The notes under the pieces: model-generated
What the model was told of the DNA's origin: nothing
The model's database searches: none
What the model saw: only the letters and a program-made list of their open reading frames with translations
Translations under genes and position numbers: made by a program
Origin: Solirubrobacteraceae bacterium
GTDB taxonomy: Bacteria > Actinomycetota > Thermoleophilia > Solirubrobacterales > Solirubrobacteraceae
Length of the DNA stretch: 47,701 nt
Direction: 5' to 3'
NCBI GenBank assembly: GCA_035552815.1
Contig: DASZKU010000012.1
Span: 1 to 47,701, forward strand
Part shown: piece after piece, positions 17,684 to 27,965 of the stretch
Layout: each line of letters starts with the position of its first letter
Position numbering within the stretch: position 1 is the first letter of the stretch

Positions 17684-18226
17684 TCAGCCGCCGAGGATGC
17701 TGAACTCGAGGTTGCAGGTGCCGGCGGTGGAGCTCTCGTACGTGATGTTGCTGTACGAGGTGTAGCCGCCCAGCGTGTCGCTGCCGCCGGGGAAGCTGAT
17801 GCGGAGCTCTCCGGTGCCCTTGCGCACCTTGGCGGGATGCTTCTTGGTCCCGCGCCCGTGGAAGGTGAGGTGGACGTGGGCGAACGAGTTGACGCCACCG
17901 ACGAGGTAATAGTCGGCGCCCACGGCAGGGACGAGCGCGTGGCTGATGGGAGCGCTTCCCGTCATGGTAACGGTCACGCCGCGGTCGCAGCCGCGGTTGA
18001 CCGCGTGCTGGGTGACCCCGCGCAGGGAGCTCACCACGCCCCCGTTGACCTTGAAGGTTCCGCGGAAGTCGTCGATCGAGGGGCCGGGCTGCGAGTGGTT
18101 GGGGACGATCTGCCAGGTCCCCGAGGCCGGCGGCGACGTCGCCGCCACCGCGACAGCAGCGGCAACGGAGCCCGTCACGAGCACCACGACAACAGCGGCG
18201 CGCGAGCGTGCCCCGAGTCCGTTCAC
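17684..18226 (-). CDS. Secreted hypothetical beta-rich protein with two Cys
   Basis: Signal-peptide-like N-terminus (RSRAAVVVVLVTGSVAAAVAVAA); TAGGAT -10 box 6 nt before GTG. Confidence 0.72.
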   Translation of the reverse strand: MNGLGARSRAAVVVVLVTGSVAAAVAVAATSPPASGTWQIVPNHSQPGPSIDDFRGTFKVNGGVVSSLRGVTQHAVNRGCDRGVTVTMTGSAPISHALVPAVGADYYLVGGVNSFAHVHLTFHGRGTKKHPAKVRKGTGELRISFPGGSDTLGGYTSYSNITYESSTAGTCNLEFSILGG

Positions 18227-18465
18227 CGGCCGATCCTACCAGCGGAGATCAGGCGGACGGGCGGGCCTTGTCAGCCCGCCCGCGCCTGCCCGGTCATGGA
18301 TCACCACTAACTACATACGTCCCAGGGTTTCGTGTCTGCCTGGGTGGCGTGACACTCCCGGCCACCGGGACTGGCCGCCGGCTGCTGGAGCCGGCGCGTG
18401 GCCCGGTTCGGGCACGTGGCCCCGACCGAGTGGGCGATCCGCCGGACCGGTCATGTTACGCATCC

Positions 18466-18541
18466 GTGCCGGCCAGATGCGGCGGCGCGGCGCCGGCCAG
18501 ATGCAGCGGCGCGGCGTGCCGCCCAGATGCGGCGGCGCGGG
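18466..18541. repeat. 24-26-bp tandem repeat x3 (GCCGGCCAGATGCGGCGGCGCGGC)
   Basis: Three near-identical copies without spacers in a ~580-bp intergenic region. Confidence 0.8.
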
Positions 18542-18804
18542 GTGCCGGCGGCCGCCTACCGGGGGTTGTGATGAAAAAGTTGCGCGTGGGGCACATTTCT
18601 CAGCACATGTCTTTCAGGTGCATCGTGGTGAAGGGCCAAGCGCCCGCCCCCGACCACGCGCCCGCCTCACGATCGACCCCGCGCTCGCCAATCCCGCGGC
18701 GGCGCGCGTGCCTACGAGGGCGCGCCCGACGGCAGCCGGCGGAACGGCCTATTGATGGAAATACTGGCCGACGACGCGCAAGCACGAGCGAAAGGAACCT
18801 GACG

Positions 18805-19320
18805 ATGGAGACCTGGGACGCCATCCGCGCCCGACGCAACGTACGCAGCTACGAAGACCGCACGATCCCCGACGACGAGCTCGACCGGATCCTCGAAGCG
18901 GGCCGGCGGGCGCCCTCGGCGAACAACAGCCAGCCCTGGGACTTCGTGGTCGTCACCGGGCGTGAGGAGCTCGTCGCGCTCTCGCGGGTGTGGCAGGGAG
19001 CGCGCCACGTCGCTCAGTCCGCCGCCACCATCGTCATCGTCGCCCCCATCACCGACGACGCGCGGCGCGCCGGGTTGATCGAATACGACCTCGGCCAGGC
19101 GACGATCGAGATGGCGATCTGCGCCGCCGACCTGGGGATCGGGTCCGGGCACGCGGCGATCGGGGACGAGGATCTCCTGCGCGAGCTCATCGGCCACCCC
19201 GAGGACCACCGCGGCGCCTATATGCTCGCGCTCGGCTACCCGGCCGACCGCCCCCTCCGGCCGCTCACTCAGATCAATCGCCGGCCGTTCGAAGAGGTCG
19301 TCCACCGCGGCCGGTGGTGA
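18805..19320 (+). CDS. Nitroreductase family protein
   Basis: AIRARRNVRSY, RRAPSANNSQPWDFVVV, LGIGS and LGYP motifs; AAAGGA RBS. Confidence 0.94.
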   Translation: METWDAIRARRNVRSYEDRTIPDDELDRILEAGRRAPSANNSQPWDFVVVTGREELVALSRVWQGARHVAQSAATIVIVAPITDDARRAGLIEYDLGQATIEMAICAADLGIGSGHAAIGDEDLLRELIGHPEDHRGAYMLALGYPADRPLRPLTQINRRPFEEVVHRGRW

Positions 19321-19338
19321 AGAGTTAGATTCGTCGCC

Positions 19339-20202
19339 GTGCGGCGCGCCGACGAGAGCACAGCGGCAGACGTGGCCCACGCCCGCGACCGGCGCGGGGC
19401 GTGGATGGCGCTCGAGTTCCCGGGCATCCTCGAGTTCGACGACCCCGCGCTCGAGTGGCGGCGGCTGTTCTCAGAGTTCCTGGGGACGTTCATGCTCATC
19501 CTCGTGGGCGCGGGCGGCGCGGTGGTGGGGGCGGTCAGCCATGGGATGATCAGCCGCGCAGCGGCGGTCACCGCGCCGGGGCTGATGGTGATGGCCGTCA
19601 TCCTCTTCATGGGCGCGATCTCGGGGGCTCATCTGAACCCGGCGGTGACCATCGCCTTCACCCTGCGCGGGGACTTCCCGTGGCGCCGCGTGCCCGGGTA
19701 CATCATCGTCCAGCTCGCCGGGGCGGCGCTCGCCTGCCTGTTCCTCCGCGCCGTGTTCGGCAACGTGGGCAGGCTCGGCGCGACGGTGCCCGGGGCGCAC
19801 ATCCACGACTGGCAGGCCCTGCTCATCGAGCTCGCCTTGACGGTGGGGCTCGTGAGCACGATTCTCGGGACCGCCTCGCGGGCGCAGAATGTCGGTGCTC
19901 TCTCCGCCCTCGGGGTGGGGGGCTACATCATCCTCGCCGGGCTGTGGTCGAGCCCGGTGAGCGGCGCGTCGATGAACCCAGCGCGGTCCTTCGGCCCCGA
20001 TCTCGTCAACGGCGACTTCACCCATTACTGGGTGTATCTCGCCGGACCACTGGCCGGGGCTGCCCTCGCGGTGGCCTTCGCGTGGATCCTCCGCGGTCCG
20101 GGCGACGTCGGCGGGATGGCGGCGGCTCGCGGGCTGCTCGATCCCACCGTGCGCGATGCCATCCACGCAACCACGCCCGAAGCGAAGCCGCCAAGCACAT
20201 GA
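19339..20202 (+). CDS. MIP family channel (aquaporin)
   Basis: [18 protein letters not shown] and [10 protein letters not shown] (two NPA motifs). Confidence 0.95.
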   Translation: MRRADESTAADVAHARDRRGAWMALEFPGILEFDDPALEWRRLFSEFLGTFMLILVGAGGAVVGAVSHGMISRAAAVTAPGLMVMAVILFMGAISGAHLNPAVTIAFTLRGDFPWRRVPGYIIVQLAGAALACLFLRAVFGNVGRLGATVPGAHIHDWQALLIELALTVGLVSTILGTASRAQNVGALSALGVGGYIILAGLWSSPVSGASMNPARSFGPDLVNGDFTHYWVYLAGPLAGAALAVAFAWILRGPGDVGGMAAARGLLDPTVRDAIHATTPEAKPPST

Positions 20203-20936
20203 GGCTCGGCCTTCCCGACACCATCACCGCCTGCCTGTTCGACCTCGACGGGGTCCTCACCGAGACCGCCAAGGTGCACGCCGCGGCGTGGAAGCAGATG
20301 TTCGACGAGTACCTGCACGAGCGCGCCGAGCGCACCGGGGAACCCTTCCGCGCCTTCGACGACGTAGCCGACTACGACGCCTACGTCGACGGCAAGCCCC
20401 GCTACGACGGCGTGCGCTCGTTCCTCGAGTCGCGCGGCATCGAGCTGCCGCAGGGCACCCCCGACGATCCCCCGGGCAAGGAGACTGTCGATGGGCTCGG
20501 GAATCGCAAGAATGTCCTGGTGCTCGAGCTCATCCACACCCACGGTGTGCAGGCCTACCCAGGCTCGGTCCGGTACGTGAAGGCCGTGAAAGCAGCCGGC
20601 GTGCCGCGCGCGGTGGTGTCCTCGAGCGCCAACTGCCGCGACGTCCTGCGCGCCGCCGGGATCGAAGATCTCTTCGACGCGATCATCGACGGCGTCGTCG
20701 CCGAGCGCGAGCACCTGCGCGGCAAGCCGGCGCCCGACACCTTCCTCGCCGGCGCCAAGGCGCTGAACGTCGAGCCCGAGCACGGCGCGGTCTTCGAGGA
20801 CGCGCTCGCGGGGGTGCAGGCAGGCCGCGCCGGCGGGTTCGGCTGCGTCGTCGGCGTCGACCGCGTCGGGCAGCGCGAGGCGCTCCTGGCCCACGGGGCG
20901 GACGTCGTCGTCGATGACCTCGCCGACCTCCTGTGA
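20199..20936 (+). CDS. Beta-phosphoglucomutase family HAD hydrolase
   Basis: [35 protein letters not shown] motifs; ATGA overlap with the aquaporin stop. Confidence 0.93.
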   Translation: MRLGLPDTITACLFDLDGVLTETAKVHAAAWKQMFDEYLHERAERTGEPFRAFDDVADYDAYVDGKPRYDGVRSFLESRGIELPQGTPDDPPGKETVDGLGNRKNVLVLELIHTHGVQAYPGSVRYVKAVKAAGVPRAVVSSSANCRDVLRAAGIEDLFDAIIDGVVAEREHLRGKPAPDTFLAGAKALNVEPEHGAVFEDALAGVQAGRAGGFGCVVGVDRVGQREALLAHGADVVVDDLADLL

Positions 20937-23278
20937 TCAAGCAGGAGCCCTACGCGGCCGAGCCGTGGGCGCTGCGCGAGACCTCGCTGCGCCTCGAGTA
21001 CCTCGCTCAGGCCGAGTCGGTGTTCGCGCTCTCCAACGGCCACCTCGGCCTGCGCGGGAACCTCGACGAGGGCGAGCCCGTGGGGCTGCCGGGCACCTAC
21101 CTGGCGGGCTTCTACGAGACCCGCCCGCTTCCCTACGCCGAGGCGGGCTACGGGTATCCCGAGGCCGGGCAGACGGTGATCAACGTCACCAACGGCAAGC
21201 TCGTTCGCCTGCTCGTCAACGACGAGCTCCTCGACGTCGAGTACGGCCGGCTCCACACCCACGAGCGCACCCTCGACCTGCGCCGGGGCGTGCTCGAACG
21301 GCGCCTGGACTGGGAGTCGCCGGCGGGTACCCGCGCCCGGGTCTCCTCGACGCGGCTCGTGTCCTTCACCCACCGCGCCATCGCCGCCATCCGCTACGAG
21401 GTCGAGGTCGAGCGCCCGTCGCGCATCGCCGTCCAGTCAGAGCTCGTCGCCAACGAGGACAGCGACGTAGGGAGCGACGATCCCCGGGCGGCAGCCGCGC
21501 TGGCGGCGCCCCTTGTCTCCCAGATGTCGATCGCCCAGGGGACGAGGGCCATGCTCAGCCACTCGACGCGGGGCAGCGGCCTGCTCATGACGGCGGCCAT
21601 GGACCACGTGATCGAAGGGCCCGAGAACCTGACCACGAGCATCGAGGCCCTCGACGACGTCGCGCGCCTGACCCTGACCGTAGATCTCGAGCCCGGTCAG
21701 CGCCTCTCGATAATCAAGTTCCTCGCCTACAGCTGGTCGAGCCGCCGCGGCCTCGCCTCCGTCCGCGCCCAGGCCATCGGCGCCCTGGCCGAGGCCGCCC
21801 ACACCGGGTGGGACAACCTGCTGGCCGAGCAGGGTGCCTACCTCGACGCCTTCTGGGACCGCGCCGACGTCGAGGTCGACGGCGACCCCGAGCGCCAGCT
21901 GGCGGTGCGCTTCGCCCTCTTCGGCATGCTCCAGGCGGCAGCCCGGGGCGAGGGGCGGGCCATCGCCGCCAAGGGACTCACGGGCACCGGCTACGACGGC
22001 CACGCCTTCTGGGACACCGAGTCCTTCGTCCTCCCCGTCCTCACCTACACCGCGCCCGCCGCCGTCCGCGACGCGCTGAGCTGGCGCCATTCGATCCTCC
22101 CCATCGCCCGGCGCCGCGCCGAGCAGCTCGGGCTCCGAGGAGCGACCTTCCCGTGGCGAACGATCGCCGGGGAGGAATGCTCGGCCTACTGGCCCGCGGG
22201 AACGGCGGCCTTCCACATCAACGCCGACATCGCCGATGCCGTGGTGCGCTACCTGCGGGTCACGGGCGACGAGCGCTTCCAGCGCGACGAGGGCCTCGAG
22301 CTCCTGGTCGAGACCGCGCGGATGTTCCAGTCGCTCGGCCACCACGACCCCGACGGCGGCTTCCACATCGACGGCGTCACCGGACCCGACGAGTACAGCG
22401 CCCTCGTCGACGACAACGTCTACACGAACCTGATGGCCCAGCAGAACCTGCGGGCCGCCGCCGAGGCCGCCGAGCGCGCGCCGGCCAAGGCGAGGCGACT
22501 CGGGGTCACCGGCGAGGAGATCGCCACCTGGCGCCTGGCCGCCGACGGCATGACCGTCTGCTACGACAAGCGCCTCGACGTCCATCCCCAGGACGCCGAC
22601 TTCACCCGCCACGCAGTGTGGGACTTCGAGGCGACCGGCGATCGCTATCCGCTCCTGCTCCACTTCCCCTACTTCGACCTCTACCGCAAGCAGGTGGTCA
22701 AGCAAGCCGATCTCGTGCTCGCCCTCGTGACCCGCGGCGATGCCTTCACGCCCGAGGAGAAGGTCCGCGATTTCCTCTACTACGAGGCGATCACCGTCCG
22801 TGACTCGTCCCTGTCGGCGTGCACTCAGGCGGTGATGGCGGCCGAGACAGGACACCTGGAGCTCGCCTACGACTACTTCTGCGAGGCCGCGGAGATGGAC
22901 CTCGAGGACCTCGAGCACAACACCCGCGACGGGCTCCACATCGCCTCACTCGCCGGCGCGTGGATCGCCACCGTGCAAGGCTTCGGGGGGATGCGCGACC
23001 ACGGCGGGGAGCTCAGCTTCAGTCCCCGCCTGCCCCGGGCGCTGAGCCGGATCTCCTTCGGCCTCGGCTACCGCGGCAGGCGTCTGCGCGTGGAGGTCAC
23101 CCAGGATCACGCGCGCTACGGGCTGCGCGAGGGCGCGCCCCTCGAGGTCACCCACCACGGCCAGGTGATCACCGTGACGGCGGAGGAGCCGGTGAGCATG
23201 GAGATCCCCGTCATCGTCGCCGGCGATCCCCCCGCGCAGGCTCTTGGGCGCGCGCCCAAGAGCCTGCGCGCGAGCTAA
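20933..23278 (+). CDS. Glycoside hydrolase family 65 (trehalose/maltose/kojibiose phosphorylase-like)
   Basis: [51 protein letters not shown] motifs; GTGA overlap with the upstream gene. Confidence 0.95.
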   Translation: MIKQEPYAAEPWALRETSLRLEYLAQAESVFALSNGHLGLRGNLDEGEPVGLPGTYLAGFYETRPLPYAEAGYGYPEAGQTVINVTNGKLVRLLVNDELLDVEYGRLHTHERTLDLRRGVLERRLDWESPAGTRARVSSTRLVSFTHRAIAAIRYEVEVERPSRIAVQSELVANEDSDVGSDDPRAAAALAAPLVSQMSIAQGTRAMLSHSTRGSGLLMTAAMDHVIEGPENLTTSIEALDDVARLTLTVDLEPGQRLSIIKFLAYSWSSRRGLASVRAQAIGALAEAAHTGWDNLLAEQGAYLDAFWDRADVEVDGDPERQLAVRFALFGMLQAAARGEGRAIAAKGLTGTGYDGHAFWDTESFVLPVLTYTAPAAVRDALSWRHSILPIARRRAEQLGLRGATFPWRTIAGEECSAYWPAGTAAFHINADIADAVVRYLRVTGDERFQRDEGLELLVETARMFQSLGHHDPDGGFHIDGVTGPDEYSALVDDNVYTNLMAQQNLRAAAEAAERAPAKARRLGVTGEEIATWRLAADGMTVCYDKRLDVHPQDADFTRHAVWDFEATGDRYPLLLHFPYFDLYRKQVVKQADLVLALVTRGDAFTPEEKVRDFLYYEAITVRDSSLSACTQAVMAAETGHLELAYDYFCEAAEMDLEDLEHNTRDGLHIASLAGAWIATVQGFGGMRDHGGELSFSPRLPRALSRISFGLGYRGRRLRVEVTQDHARYGLREGAPLEVTHHGQVITVTAEEPVSMEIPVIVAGDPPAQALGRAPKSLRAS

Positions 23279-23395
23279 GCGCGCCCCGCCGGCAACTAAG
23301 GCCCGAGCCGCCCAGATCGGCTGCGAAGTGCCGATGCGCGCAGGGCCGTCGCAGTCCATCCTCGGGAGCGTGCAATCAACGGAAAGGAGCGCGGA

Positions 23396-23602
23396 ATGCA
23401 TCCCGAGATCCAGCGGGCACTATCCGCCGCACGAAACGAGGAACTCCGGCGCGAGGCGCAGCGCTGGGCCCAATCCGAGCCCGCGCGCCGAGGACGAGGC
23501 TCACTGGCGGTCTCCCGGGCCTGGAGGCGATACTTCCGCCATGCGGGCCAGGCTCACGAGCAGCCACTTCGTCGGGCGCACGGGCGAGCTCGCCGAGCTT
23601 GA
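23396..23602 (+). CDS. Small basic protein (MHPEIQRALSAARNEELRREA...) upstream of the AAA-LuxR regulator
   Basis: Strong AAAGGAG RBS and a helical N-terminus; the 3' end overlaps the downstream gene by 62 nt. Confidence 0.5.
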   Translation: MHPEIQRALSAARNEELRREAQRWAQSEPARRGRGSLAVSRAWRRYFRHAGQAHEQPLRRAHGRARRA

Positions 23603-26483
23603 GCTGGCGCTCGCCGAGGCGGCCGAGCGCCGGCCCGTGCTCGTCCTCGTCGGCGGCGATTCGGGCGTCGGCAAGAGCCGCCTGGTGGGCGAGTTCGAGC
23701 GCCGCGTCGTGGGCGAGGACGTGCTCGTCCTGCGCGGAGAGTGCATCGACGACGGCGAGGGCGAGCTTCCCTACGCCCCTCTCCTCGGCGCCCTACGGCC
23801 ACTCGTGCGCCGCTGTCACCCGGCACTGGACGCCCTGAGCCCGGGGAGCCGCACCCAGCTCGCGGCGCTCGTGCCCACGCTCGGCGCCGGCGATGCCCCG
23901 CCCGCCGGGCGAGACGCCGCCGGCCAGCTGCGCCTCTTCGAGGCGGTGCTCGAGCTCCTCGACCTGCTGAGCGACTCCGGGCCCGTGGTGCTCGTGCTCG
24001 AGGACATGCACTGGGCCGACCGCTCGACCCGCACCTTCGCCCAGTTCCTCGCCCGCAGCCTGCGCGAGGAGCGCGTGATGCTCGTGCTCACCTATCGCTC
24101 CGACGAGCTTCACCGGCGCCACTCCCTGCGACCGCTGCTCGCCGAGCTCGAGCGCCTCGAGCGCGCCCGCCGCATCGACCTCGCCCCCTTCGATCGCCTC
24201 GAGCTCGCCGAGGTCCTCACCGACATCCTCGGCGACCCGCCCGATGCGGGGCTCGTCGAGCGGCTCTTCGGTCGCAGCGAAGGCAACCCGCTCTACACCG
24301 AGGAGCTCCTCGCCGCCGGCCTCGACGGACGCGGCGCCGCGCCCAAGAGCCTCCAGGACGCCTTCATGCTCCGGACCTGGCGCCTGTCCGCCGACGCGCA
24401 GACGGCGCTGCGAGCAATCGCCACCGGGCAACGACTCAACCAGGCGACGATCACCGCCATGACTGGGATCGACGGCGACCGGCTTCAGGCCGCCCTGCGC
24501 GAGGCGGTGGCCGAGCAGGTCCTGGTGGCCGGCGATGACGACCGGCTCGCCTTCCGCCACGCTCTGCTCCGCGAGGCCCTCTACGACGACCTGCTGCCCG
24601 GCGAGCGCGGAGAGCTTCACCTCGCGCTGGCCCGCACGCTCGAGGGGCTCGGGGCACCGGGAGAGCGGGACTTCATGCGCGCGGCCACCATCGCCCGCCA
24701 CTACGGCGCGGGCGGCGATCAGCCCGCGGCGCTGCGCGCGACCGTGTTCGCGGCGAAGGCGGCCAATCACGCCTACGCGCACGCCGAGGCCGCGGCGATG
24801 GGCGAGCGCGCGCTCGACCTGTGGCCGAGAGTGGCCGACGCCGGCGGCGTCGCCGGGCTCGATCACATTGGCCTGCTCATGCTCGCGGCCGACGCCCACG
24901 ACCTAGGCCACGACCGCGCCCGCAGCGAGCACCTCCTCCAGCAGGCGCTCCGCGAGCTCCATCCCGAGGTTGACGCCCGCCGGTACTCGGCCGTCCTCGT
25001 GCGCTTGGCGCGGGCGCACTGGGCGCTCAATCAGGTCGCGCAGGCCCTGGCCTGCGCCCAGCGGGCGCTCGACGTGCTCCCCGCCGACGACACCGGCCCG
25101 GAGCGCATCGCCCCCCTCGCGTGGCTGGCGCGTACCCGCGTGCTCCGCGGTCGCTACCACGACGCCGTCAACGATGGCGAGGAGGCGCTCGCTGCCGCCG
25201 AGGCCGCGGGCGACACCCACGCGGAAGCGCATATCCTCAACACGCTGGGGATGGCCCGCGGCTCGCTCGGCGAAGTCGACGCGGGGGCGGATGCCCTCCG
25301 CCGCGCGGCGGTGATCTCGCGCGAGCTCGACGACATGGACGCCCTCGCCGACGCCTACGCGAACCTGGCGGACATGCTCAACTTGTGGGGGCGCTCGGCT
25401 GACGGTCTCGCCACCGCCTGGGAAGGGCTGGCGGCGATCCCGGCGCGGCAGGCCCGCAGCTACAACTGGCTCGAGCTCACCGTCTCCGAGCTCTCCTTCG
25501 AGACCGGCGACTGGGACACGGCGCGCACCCACCTCGGGGCGCCGCCGTCACGTCTGGTCGGGCTCCACTTCATCTACCGCAACATCCGCGAAGCCGAGCT
25601 CGCCCTCGGCGTCGGTGACGAAAACAGCGCGGCGCGGTGTCTGGAGGCGATCGAAGCGATCGTCGCAGCATCATCCGAGCCCCAGTGGCACGGCGCCTAC
25701 GGGGCGCTCACCGGCGAGCTCCACCGCCGGCGAGGTGACCTCGAGCGGGCACGGGCGGCGGTCGACGAAGCCCTCGACCGCATGGAGCTGTGCACCGACG
25801 ACGTCATGCGCATCGCCCGCGTCACCGCCGTCGGGCTCGGGGTCGAGGCCGACCGGGCGCTCCGGGCCCGCGACCTCCACGAACGCGCCGAGAGCCGCGA
25901 CGCCCTGGCCCGGGCGCGCATCCACATGCGGCGCCTCGAGGCGGCGGCGCAGGCCGGAGGGCCGGTCGAGGCCGCGTGGCGCGCGGTGGGCGCCGCCCAG
26001 CTCGCGCGCGCCCGGGGCAAGAACAAGGCGGCGCTGTGGGAGCGCGCGGCGAGCGCGTGGGACGAGCTCGCCCGCCCCTATCCGGCGGCGATCACGCGCT
26101 GGCGCCAGGTCGAGGCCCTCGTCGAGGCCGGCGAGCGCGAGGCCGCCGCCCCGGTGGCGCGGACCGCGCTTCACAGCGCGCGGGGGCTGGGCGCGCGCTG
26201 GCTCGCCGACGAGGTCGCGAGCATCTCCCACCGTGGGCGACTGGACCTCTCAGAGAAAGACCCCGCGCCCGAGAACGGCGACGAGGACCCCTTCGGCCTC
26301 ACGGCGCGCGAGCGTCAGGTCCTCGCCCTCGTCGCCCAGGGAGCTACCAACCGGCAGATCGGCACCGAGCTCTTCATGGCCGAGAAGACGGCCAGCGTGC
26401 ACGTGTCGCGGATCCTCGGCAAGCTCGGAGTCCAGACCCGGACCCAGGCCGCTGCCGTGGCGCACCGCCAGCAGCTGGGGTGA
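23541..26483 (+). CDS. Large AAA-ATPase/TPR/LuxR (LAL/MalT-like) transcriptional regulator
   Basis: FVGRTGEL, Walker A GDSGVGKSRL, LEDMHWAD, EGNPLY, FRHALLRE; C-terminal LTARERQVLALVAQGATNRQIG...HVSRILGKL. Confidence 0.94.
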   Translation: MRARLTSSHFVGRTGELAELELALAEAAERRPVLVLVGGDSGVGKSRLVGEFERRVVGEDVLVLRGECIDDGEGELPYAPLLGALRPLVRRCHPALDALSPGSRTQLAALVPTLGAGDAPPAGRDAAGQLRLFEAVLELLDLLSDSGPVVLVLEDMHWADRSTRTFAQFLARSLREERVMLVLTYRSDELHRRHSLRPLLAELERLERARRIDLAPFDRLELAEVLTDILGDPPDAGLVERLFGRSEGNPLYTEELLAAGLDGRGAAPKSLQDAFMLRTWRLSADAQTALRAIATGQRLNQATITAMTGIDGDRLQAALREAVAEQVLVAGDDDRLAFRHALLREALYDDLLPGERGELHLALARTLEGLGAPGERDFMRAATIARHYGAGGDQPAALRATVFAAKAANHAYAHAEAAAMGERALDLWPRVADAGGVAGLDHIGLLMLAADAHDLGHDRARSEHLLQQALRELHPEVDARRYSAVLVRLARAHWALNQVAQALACAQRALDVLPADDTGPERIAPLAWLARTRVLRGRYHDAVNDGEEALAAAEAAGDTHAEAHILNTLGMARGSLGEVDAGADALRRAAVISRELDDMDALADAYANLADMLNLWGRSADGLATAWEGLAAIPARQARSYNWLELTVSELSFETGDWDTARTHLGAPPSRLVGLHFIYRNIREAELALGVGDENSAARCLEAIEAIVAASSEPQWHGAYGALTGELHRRRGDLERARAAVDEALDRMELCTDDVMRIARVTAVGLGVEADRALRARDLHERAESRDALARARIHMRRLEAAAQAGGPVEAAWRAVGAAQLARARGKNKAALWERAASAWDELARPYPAAITRWRQVEALVEAGEREAAAPVARTALHSARGLGARWLADEVASISHRGRLDLSEKDPAPENGDEDPFGLTARERQVLALVAQGATNRQIGTELFMAEKTASVHVSRILGKLGVQTRTQAAAVAHRQQLG

Positions 26484-27387
26484 TGACCCGGAAGCTCGCG
26501 TCGTCGTAGACGACGACCCCGCCGTGGTGAAGCCGCGACGGGGCGCCGTCGGGGCCGGCGAGAAGGGCCGCCTTGGAGCGCATCTCCGCCTCGACCGCGG
26601 TGGGGGCACGGGCGGTGACCTGGACGATGCCCGTGAAGGCGGGTCGGCCGGTGGAGGGGTCGAGGAGGTGATGGGCGGGGCGGCCGGCCTCGTCGAGCCA
26701 GCTGCGCCGGCCGATGCCGCTCGTCGCCACGGCGCCGCCGGAGAGCTCGAAGCGGTGCAGGGTCGAGCCGTCGAACGGGCTCTCGACGAGCACGGGCCGG
26801 CGCTCCCCCTCGGCGCCGCCGAGGCGCAGGTCCCCGCCGCAGTCGACGGCGAAGCTCGGGTGCGAGAAGAGCGCCCCGGCGAGGACGTCGGCGAACAGTC
26901 CCTTGGCGATGCCGCCGCTGTCGATGCGTAGCCCGGCCGGGCGCGTGATCGTCCCCGCGCGCCGGTCGACGGTCAGCGCCCGCCATCGGGCCTGGGGATG
27001 GGGCGCCGCCGCGCGGCGCGGGGGCGCGAGGGCGAGCGCGGCGCTCAGCGGAACGGGCTCTGCGTCGAAGTGGTGCGCGTACCCGGCGCGGGCGATCTCC
27101 GACCCCAGCGTCGCGTCGACGAGCCCGCCCGAGGCGGTGGCGGCTGACCGCGCCGCCTCGGCGAAGCGGGCCATGAGCGGGCTCACCTCCACCGTGTCAC
27201 GGGCATCGGCGTTGAGTGTCGAGAGCTCGCTGCCGGGCTCGAAGCGAGTGAACTGGGCGTGGAGGGCGAGCAGGCGCGCCTCCACCATCGCCGCCGCCTG
27301 CGCGGGAGAGCCGAGCGAGCCCGACCCCCGCACGATCACCGTGCACTGCGAGCCCAAGCACGGGAAGCTCCGCACGACCTCGGTCAT
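26374..27387 (-). CDS. apbE: FAD:protein FMN transferase (ApbE family)
   Basis: FTRFEPGSELSTLN, SGGLVDAT, IDSGGIAKG, VDCGGDL, VATSG, HHLLDPSTGRP motifs. No N-terminal lipoprotein signal seen. Confidence 0.93.
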   Translation of the reverse strand: MTEVVRSFPCLGSQCTVIVRGSGSLGSPAQAAAMVEARLLALHAQFTRFEPGSELSTLNADARDTVEVSPLMARFAEAARSAATASGGLVDATLGSEIARAGYAHHFDAEPVPLSAALALAPPRRAAAPHPQARWRALTVDRRAGTITRPAGLRIDSGGIAKGLFADVLAGALFSHPSFAVDCGGDLRLGGAEGERRPVLVESPFDGSTLHRFELSGGAVATSGIGRRSWLDEAGRPAHHLLDPSTGRPAFTGIVQVTARAPTAVEAEMRSKAALLAGPDGAPSRLHHGGVVVYDDASFRVITPAAGGAPRQRPGSGSGLRACRGSATRARWPSSRP

Positions 27388-27839
27388 GACGACCTCGTGG
27401 TGACGGCGGTCGCCGAGGAGGAGCCGGTGTTGCCCGTGGTGCCCGTGCTCGTCGCCGCCGTCGTGGACGCACTCGCGGTGGCGACCTGCGCGGCAGCGGC
27501 CTTGGTAGCGGCAGCGGCCTTGGCGGCAGCGGCCTTGGCGGCAGCGGCAGCAGCGGTGGCCGCGGTGCTGGTGGTCGACGCGGTGTTGCGGGTGGAGACC
27601 GTGGTGGCCACCGTGGCCTTGCGGGCGGCGCTGGCCACCAGGCTCGGATCGTGGCCGCTCACGAGCTGGATGTAGATACCAAGCCACAGCGCCACGAAAG
27701 CCGCGAGGAGGACGGCGGCGATGCGCTTGCGCAGGGTGCGGACGCGGGTCTTGCGCGCGCGCAGCCGTTCGCGCACGAGCCGTTTGGCGTCGTAGTCGCG
27801 CGCCGGCAGGGCGGGTGAAGTGGCGAATTCGGGTGCCAT
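27384..27839 (-). CDS. Single-pass membrane protein with long Ala/Thr-rich tether ending in ...AVTTRSS
   Basis: Arg-rich N-terminus, one TM helix (IAAVLLAAFVALWLGIYIQLV), AAAAK repeats. AGGAG RBS; stop overlaps the apbE start (ATGA). Confidence 0.82.
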   Translation of the reverse strand: MAPEFATSPALPARDYDAKRLVRERLRARKTRVRTLRKRIAAVLLAAFVALWLGIYIQLVSGHDPSLVASAARKATVATTVSTRNTASTTSTAATAAAAAAKAAAAKAAAATKAAAAQVATASASTTAATSTGTTGNTGSSSATAVTTRSS

Positions 27840-27909
27840 GAGGTTCTCCTGAGCGGTTGGGGTGCACGAGGAGAATCCCGGGGGCGCGTTTGAGCTCTGT
27901 CGGTGGTAG

Positions 27910-27936
27910 CTGAGAATTGGCTGAGAACCCTGTGAA
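27910..27936 (-). promoter_or_regulatory. Putative OmpR/PhoB-family direct-repeat binding site
   Basis: CTGAGAA at 27910 and 27921 (11-bp period) plus CTGTGAA at 27930, i.e. TTCTCAG/TTCACAG on the minus strand, similar to actinobacterial PhoP/MprA boxes. Confidence 0.6.
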
Positions 27937-27965
27937 CGGCCCCGGAAACCCACGACAATCGCCCC

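Noticed and set aside
18466-18541. 24-26-bp repeats (and the 33-bp repeats at 42501) as a CRISPR array
   Set aside because: Copies are directly adjacent with no unique spacers, and no cas genes are in the window.
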